Source of the DNA: Diplonema japonicum
Taxonomy: Eukaryota; Protista; Euglenozoa: Diplonemea
Assembly (NCBI GenBank): GCA_964019335.1
Contig: OZ025690.1
Location: forward strand, 124,001-188,000
Reading direction: 5' to 3'
DNA: 64,000 bases
Shown here one piece after another: positions 56,691 to 64,000 of the stretch; positions within the stretch are counted from its first letter, which is position 1; each line of letters opens with the position of its first letter. Below the pieces are notes generated by a model. It was not told where the DNA came from and made no database searches. It worked only from the letters and a program-made list of their open reading frames with translations. A program made the translations under genes and the position numbers.

Positions 56691-56881
56691 CTTCTCTATT
56701 TTTTTTTTTCCAACAATCATGATCGAAACAAAACAAAAAACAAAAAAAATGTGTAGAAAAAAATCTTCCCCGCGAGATCCAGAGGGGAGGAGAGGGGGGG
56801 GGGGGGTAAAAAAAGTCAAAATTTCGAAAAAAAAAAAAAAGAATTACTGTAGAATCACTGTTTTTTTTTTTTTTTTTTCCC

Positions 56882-56920
<39 letters not shown>

Positions 56921-57190
56921 TACAGTAATTTATACTCACGACACATCGTAAATAAAGGTGGATTTATTGTTTACTCAATTTCGACTCAAAAAATAAAAAA
57001 AAAGGGGAAGGCGGGACAACGGCAGAGACACTCTAAACTCGACTGCTCTTCTTCCTCCCACAGATTAGAAGTATTTAAAAAATAGAGATTCTGATATAAA
57101 ATATTCAAAAGAAAAAGGGCAGTACTGGCATTTGATACAAATGCTCGTACCCCCTTTTTTTTGATAAGGGACACGTCGAGGCTCTTACAA

Positions 57191-57222
57191 AAGAGGAACT
57201 GGCCGTTGTTTGTACGTGCCGG
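57191..57222. repeat. Dispersed short repeat, copy 2
   Basis: AAGAGGAACTGGCCGTTGTTTGTACGTGCCGG; 30/32 identical to 29018-29049. Confidence 0.75.
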
Positions 57223-57396
57223 GTAAAACCTGGAGAAGTTTGTTTGTCAACCCGAAACACGTAGCCAACGTTCTTCTTTTGTTTAGATGACTCGTTCTTG
57301 CAAAAAAAAAAAAAAAAGAAGAAAAAAAAAGAGGAAACCACATAAAAAAGTAAACGAAATATAATTGTTTGACAAGTCAAAGACTTGTTCTTTTTT

Positions 57397-57432
<36 letters not shown>

Positions 57433-57955
57433 AAGAAAGAAAAAAGCGCACAAAAGCAGGAAGGAAAGGGGTGGCCATGCTGCACTCTTTTTTTTTTTTT
57501 TTTTCTCTTTTTTTTTTGCCTTCATTTAGTTGCGTTGACCGATTTTTAATACTGGGGGGACAAGGAATCTGTTCTATACCACAGTGCCGCCAGCACAAAT
57601 TTACTTTGAGCATTTCTTTTTTTTTTCTCTTTTTTTTTTTCTTTGTCCCGCTTTATGTTTTCTTTCTCGTTTTTTTTTTTTTTTTCTTTTCTTTCAGTTC
57701 CTTTTTCCTTTTTCTTTTACTCTATAACCCCTCCGACCCACCAGAGGGCAAAGCAGCAAATAAATAAATAAAAAAAATAAAAATAAAAAAAAACAGGTAA
57801 GGGGGGCAAGTAGAGGAGGAAAGATGAGGCGCGAAAAGGGAGAGAACTGTGCGATCCCTCTTTTCCAAAGGAATGAGTTTTCCTCTTCTTTACATTACAT
57901 TAACGAAGAGCGAGAAATAAATTCGAAGGGGGGGAAAAAAATGAGGGGGCACCAC

Positions 57956-60900
57956 TTAACTCAAGGGATCGCCTGCAGGGGGTGTGGGGGGGTATAGGTT
58001 TGCTGCGTCGTTGTTCTTGTAAGCTTCCTGTGTAAGAATTGTACAAATAAAAAAAAAAAAAGAACAGAAGTTGTTTCTCCCTTCATTCATACCGCATCTT
58101 CGTCACGCAGGGCCCTCTCCCCGATGCGCATGAAGACCTGCTCCAAAGAGGTCTCGTTGATAGAGTAGTCGGTGATGCCTATATTTTTTTGTTTTTTTGT
58201 TTTTTTTATTTTTTTGTTTTATATGTTTTACACACCAATCTTCCTGTTGTCCTCCACGAACTGGAACATTGCGGAGAGGGAGGATTCCTTCTTGAGGACC
58301 TGGTAGGTGAGCCTCTGCTGGGTGTCTTCTGTGAGGAGGGCGTTGGCCCATTTTTCAGCGATGAGCTCCTTCGCGGCCGCTTCCGCCTCCTTGTTCTTCA
58401 GCTTCACGGTGAGCTCGTAGGAGTCGCCGAGGGACTGCTTCAGCTGGGACAGGCTTCCGAGACACTGGAGCCTCCCGTCGACCATGATGGTGACGCGGTG
58501 CTGCAGGCGTGCCAGCCCCTCGATCTCCTCGAGGTGGTGCGTCGTCAGCACCACGCTGAGGTGGAGCTCCGTGATGGCCTTCTCCAGAGCGCCCCACAAG
58601 CTGCGTCGGGCCACCGGGTCCATCCCCGCCGACGGCTCGTCCAAGAAGACCACCGGTGGTCCTCCCATCAAGGCCACCGCCACCGACAGCTTCCGACGGT
58701 TCCCCCCGCTCAGGGCCTTCGCCATCTTCTTCCGATGCGGGAGGAGCCCCAAGCCCCCCAACAGCAGCTCCACGCTCGGCTGCACCTGGTGCGACGGGAT
58801 CCCTCGCAGGCACGCGAACAGACGCAGGTGCTCCTCGCAAGTCATGTGGTCCAGCAGCGCGTCGAACTGCGGGCAGAACCCCAAGCTCTGCCGTGCCAGC
58901 TGCGCCTCCTCCACCACGTCGTACCCCTCCCCCGTCGCAGGGTTCTCTCCGATAAAGGCCCGTCCCTCGCTCGGGGCGAACTCCCCGCTCAGCACGCTCA
59001 GCGTCGTCGTCTTCCCCGCCCCGTTCGTCCCGAGGAACGCGAACAGCTCCCCGGACCTCACCCCGAAGCTCAGGTCCGCCACTGCCACCTTCGGCTTCGA
59101 CATGTTCCCCGCAGGAGGCCACACCTTCCGAAGCCGCTGCACAGTCACGTAGTCTCCCTTCCTCCCTTTCCCCTCCAGTACCTCCTTCGCGTGCTCATCC
59201 ACTGCAGCGTCTCGGTAGAAAGGCGTGTCCTTCGTCGTCCACTTCGACTCACTTGTCTTCTCGTTGAAGTAGTAGACGTTGTGCTCGTCGTCCGTGCACA
59301 CCAGCCACTCCCCACGGCGCTTCAGGACCGAGTCGTTGTCCCGCTCAAGCTTCCCGTCGTCCTCATCGTAGACGTCATCCACGAGAGGTGTCTCCTCGTC
59401 CGCTAGCTTTACCTCGTCACCACCCCAGCGGCACTGCAAGAACCTCCTGCGCATCCAAGGCACCTCAAGGGTGCATGTAGCAAGGACAAAGATCGGCGAC
59501 ATACAAATCATGTATGTGAGGTCTACTCCTGTGACGTTCCAGTCGAAAGGGCTGGGGATGTGCGAGGTGTTGACCGCCTTCGCCACACCGATGCTTGACA
59601 GCTTGATGATGCCCTCACCAAGGCAGTACGAGGGGACAAGGCGGTATATGTATTTCAGGGTGCCGTTCGCACTCTTCGTGGAGTCGATGTAGTCGAGAAT
59701 CTGTGCAGAGATGACCAAGATGAAGCCTGCGATGAAGTTGAAGATCATGACCGCATTCTGTGCGGCAGTGTGCGAGCTGAACAGGAACGACAGCAGGTAT
59801 GAGTTCGCAATGGAGGAGATACCATACAACAGGAACAGAAGGAACGTGGCGAAGAAGCTCTCGAACGACCCGATGAACTCCTCTCTGCTGTCACCGAAGA
59901 AGACGATAAAGACAAGGAACATGGTGCAGATGTAGGCAAGAAGGTCGAAGGTGAACGAGCTTGCCCAGTACGCGCCCATGTGGACACCGGAAACAACCTG
60001 CACGTGTTTTGCTTTGCACTCCCGCTCCTTGACGATGAAGGACACGAAGTTTGACGGAATGAAAGTGAAGGGAATCATGATGAAGATGCCTGTGATCACA
60101 ACTTGGATGGAGTTAATGAGCTTTTGGGCATAGTCACTGAAAGGCAAGGGGTGGTTACGAGTGATGATCTCACCAGCGATGTGGCCGCGTCTGAGAATTG
60201 CGTTGGAGAAAGCACTAACAACACCAGGGAAGGAGTGGATGAAGGTGGCGTTGGTGAAGAGAAGACTGACGTTCCGGTCGTCACCTGACATCGTGGCCTG
60301 CGTGAAATTATCAGGGTAGGCAATGGCGCAGGGGCGCTGTGCCTTGTGGCTGTTATAGTTATCCAACATCCACTCTGACATCGTCGTCCCGTTCACCACA
60401 CTGCTATTCATGGCATGGAGGTTCTGCAGCTCGTAGTCTGTCTTGTCAAACGGGCACACCCCAGTGCAGTCCGCAAACAAGTCTGACTCCTGCTCGGACA
60501 CGTAAAGCAACTTCGCCGGTCTATCGAATAAGTTAGCACCCATCATCAAACTGGGCTGGTTCGGTGGCCCGAGCCTTCCTAACAACAGCGCAAGCAAAAT
60601 GAACACCACAGGAAGCACGAACTGGAAGCACAGCGTCCTGTGGTCTCTCTTCGCACAGTGAAACCTCTTTACAATCAGCCCGAGGTACTGCTCCATGTAC
60701 AGTTTCGTTCCCTTTTTCGACTGCTCGTCCGCCTGCTTGTCTCCCAAGATGCTGTACAGATTGCCGAAGTTGAAGTCGGTCGGTGCCTGTCCCTTCACCT
60801 GCGGTGTTTGCTGCTCTCCAGCAACAAGGTCCTCCTCGCTGTCGGCGTTCAGTGCGATCTTCATGAAGATCTCCTCCAAGGTGGTCACGCTTACTCCGAA

Positions 60901-63900
60901 GCCCTCGATCTTCAAGTTCTTTTTACTGTTATCAAGTTCGTCGAACATTGCGGGGAAGGCCTTCGGGGTGCGAATGTCGTCCAAGACATCGTGCATCACT
61001 TGTACCTCTTCTTCGTCAGGTGCCTGTCCCGCCGCCGCTGCCCCGTCCAAGGTCGTTGCTATGTACTCTCGCAGGTTCGTGGGACCCTTTGAACTCGCGC
61101 TCTCGAGGAGCCTCCTCACATCAGAGCCCTCGGGGAGGTTCGAGATGGATAGCATTGCCTGGTCGCTGGGCCTGCTGTCCATGGGGAGGCGGAGCCTGAG
61201 CTCGTTCCCGGTGCAGCTGATTCGTCCCACCTCCGCCCGCGTGATGTGCTTGGAGACGACGCGTTCCACGGCCGCCGGGTCGCACCCCTCGCGCATCGCC
61301 ACCGACATGTTGTAGCCAACCCCGAGACGCGACTTCAGGAAGAACGAGCTCCCCCAGGAGTGGAGGCACCCCTTGTTCATGATCGCGATGCTGTCCCCGA
61401 GGAGGTCCGCCTCGTCCATGTAGTGTGTCGTCAGCACGATGACGCGGCCCCGCAGGACGTTCGGGTCTCGCAGGAGCGACCACATCGCCCGCCGCGACTC
61501 CACGTCCATCCCCGCGGTCGGCTCGTCCAAGAAGACCAGACGAGACCCCCCGATCAGCGAGCACGCCACCGACAGCTTCCTCTTCTGGCCCCCCGACAGA
61601 ACGGACGACCACGCCTTCCGCTTCTCGTACAGGTTCACCAGCCGCAACATCTGCTCGATCCTCCCCTCGCTCTTCCCGCCCTTCTTCCGGTTCCCCCACA
61701 GCACCTCATCGGGGACCCCCTTGATGCGCCCGTAGAAAGCGAGGTGCTCCTCGCACGACATGCGCGCCCACAGGATGTTGTGCTGCGGGCAGAACCCGAT
61801 GTCCTCGCGGATCTTGTCCATGTCTGTCAGGATCGAGCGGCCCCACACCTCGCAGTCCCCAGCCGTTGGAGGAAGCATCCCCGTCAACAGGTTGATCAGC
61901 GTCGTCTTCCCTGCCCCGTTGTGCCCCAGCACGCACTGGATCTGCCCCTCGTAGAAGGTCAAGGCGTCCCCTCCCGGCGACCCCTCCGGAAGCCCGTTCC
62001 CGAGGTTGTTCACTGCGATGTTCTTCGTCGACTCGTCACTCTTGAACTCCTTCCGAAGCCCCATCACCCGCACACGCTCCCGCTGCGACAGGTCCTCCCG
62101 TGTCGCAGGGTCCATATCGGTGTCCACGTACATCGGGATCCGGCTGGGAGGCCCGATCGCTCTTCTGCTCTTTTCGGCGTCCTTGCGGCGCTTGTTGGTA
62201 CTCCAATAAGAAGGAAACAGGAAGAAGAAGGGGTGCCTCTTCACACCAAACTCGGAGGGAAGAACGAGGTCCAAGTACCAAGCAAGCGCAAGGTAGAGGA
62301 TAGTGTCAATGAGCATCATAAACATGGAGAGGGCGTAGGAGTACTCGTCAGAGGTGAGATCGGAGAAGCCGGATCCGATCTCAGACTGTTCGTAGTTGGT
62401 GATGAGCTCGGTGCTGTATGAGAAGGCGACGGGGCTGAGAAGTGATGTCAAAACCTCGACGTGCAAGGGCTCGTTGGCAGGGAGGGCAAACTTCGGGACC
62501 ACCGTGATGAACATGAGAAGCGGGGCGGCGATGGCAGCGATCCTCGACTTCGAGAAGAAAACGCTAATCAGCAAGCTAAGCGCCACCACCGACATCGCAA
62601 ACAGTTCGAATACAACAAAAATAAGAAGCCACGATGTGTGGTTCAAGAAGGTCAGCCCGGAGATCACCGTGATTATACTACACGACACTGTCACAAGGAT
62701 CCAGTAGGTGCAGTACCAAGAGGTGTAGAACGACATCTTCGATAAACCCATGATGAGCATTCCCTCACGGAGACGGTGCTCCTTCTCCTCCACGATCCCG
62801 CCAACCAAACAGGACACAGGGTACAAGAACGAAAGCGACAACACCAACGGGATCATACTACCAGCGTGCTGAAAAAACTCAGAAGCATGGTAAGACCATG
62901 TAGGCATCGGCACACTGAAAATAGAAGCACCACCACGAGTTGAGTCAGCTTCGATACCGGACAGCATTGTGAAATATTCGTCCAGATACGTCTGGAGGGT
63001 TATAAAGCCAGATGTCATATACTGGGTGTAACGGTGCTTCCCAAGGCCCTGCGAGAACTTGTCGACCTTTTTAAAGGTGTATGGAGTGGCGGTGTAGTTC
63101 ATCCTGATGGTGTAGTCGTAGATGTGGTTCTTTGTATCGACCTCGTGAAGAACGATGAGTGCCCATGTGTGGTCTGCTCCGTCGCCTTTGATGTAGTCGA
63201 CGGCTTCGCCTTCGGTCTTCCACATGAAGGGACACGACGGGTTGTTGCGTCTGTCTGCGATGGTGTGGTTGAAGGCCGAGTCGAACAGCAGCGAACGGGC
63301 TCTTAAGTGGTCCATGAAGCCTTCAACGTGTGAGCAGTTCTTCGCCGTGAACTCCAACGCCCCCTGGTGGATGAGCGAATGCTCGTAGCTGTCGGTGTTG
63401 TACTTCAGTTTCCCGTTAATGATCCGAGCCAGTTTCTGCGCGTACACCATCGAGTCAAAATCGGGGACCGAAATGGGTTGGTTTGTCCCGTCCAAGTTAA
63501 ACCCAGGCGGGATGGTAGGAAACGGACCCGGAGGCAGTGTAAATGGACCTGGAGGAAGGCTCAACGGACCTGGTGGTAATGTAATCCCAGGAGGCAACGT
63601 AAGCCCAGGAGGCAATGTAAGACGAGGAGGCAATGTAAGCCCAGGAGGCAACGTAATCCCAGGAGGCAATGTAAGACCTGCCGGTTTATCATCGCCAGCT
63701 TCCTGCACATTCCCATCCCTACCAGGCGGCGGCGACGGTGGCGGGTGATGATGATGATGATGGGGCACCGGTACTATTGAGCACAGTGTAGGGTATTCAC
63801 CCCAGTCCTCAGACGCTCCTGGCGGCGGTGTTATCAAGGACACGTTGTTTTCATAAGGGCAGCCTGCCGTGCAGTTTGGGTATCCGAATGATTCGTTCAC

Positions 63901-64000
63901 AGGGACGCCGACAGTGCAGATGTCTGAACGGGCAGCTTCTGTTGAGTTTATACCTGGGTTCTTCATGTAGTCGACAGCGGGGTGGAAGTCGTTGTCAGCC
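57956..64000 (-). CDS. ABCA-family full transporter copy 2 (5' end beyond window end), at least 3 exons
   Basis: The frame stays open above 63966 (ADNDFHPAVDYM, aligning with SDLEDHPAKDYY of copy 1), so the true start is outside the window. Exons >64000-58236, 58178-58093 and 58027-57956. Confidence 0.92.
58028..58092 (-). other. GT-AG intron, 65 nt (ABCA copy 2)
   Basis: Matches 49972-50035 apart from one homopolymer base. Confidence 0.75.
58179..58235 (-). other. GT-AG intron, 57 nt (ABCA copy 2)
   Basis: Matches 50122-50178. Confidence 0.92.
63502..63678 (-). repeat. Coding tandem repeat of 18-24 nt units (G[LI]TLPP / GPxxLPP)
   Basis: GLTLPP GITLPP GLTLPP RLTLPP GLTLPP GITLPP GPLSLPP GPFTLPP GPFPTIPP in ABCA copy 2 only. 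Confidence 0.9.

Overview
Eukaryotic genomic DNA from a euglenozoan, most plausibly a diplonemid. This is inferred from a BILBO1-family gene, a kinetoplastid/fungal-type adenylate cyclase domain, strictly co-directional genes and GT-AG cis-introns. All ~20 protein genes lie on the minus strand, separated by homopolymer-rich spacers. They are: chorein-N/NHL protein (runs off the left edge), ankyrin-adenylate cyclase, Kelch protein, BILBO1-like, large RING/ZZ protein, UAS-UBX protein, two ornithine aminotransferases, NFX1-like, CAMK-type kinase, choline transporter-like, NOL1/NOP2/Sun methyltransferase, ASF1-like, BPHL-like hydrolase, degenerate squalene-synthase-like, EF-hand K+ channel, F-box protein and two ABCA transporters (the second runs off the right edge). 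The most striking pattern is the intron architecture. I reconstructed 13 tiny GT-AG introns (33-66 nt). All lie within about 205 spliced coding nt of the stop codon, and several have poly(A) rather than polypyrimidine before the AG. Start codons are mostly preceded by A-tracts. Three dead DNA transposons are present: a piggyBac-like MITE, a Crypton-like tyrosine-recombinase remnant with a G-A-mismatch hairpin, and a pogo remnant. Two of them carry internal tRNA-derived A/B boxes. The tandem paralogues look gene-converted. All splice models were made by eye and need RNA-seq confirmation.
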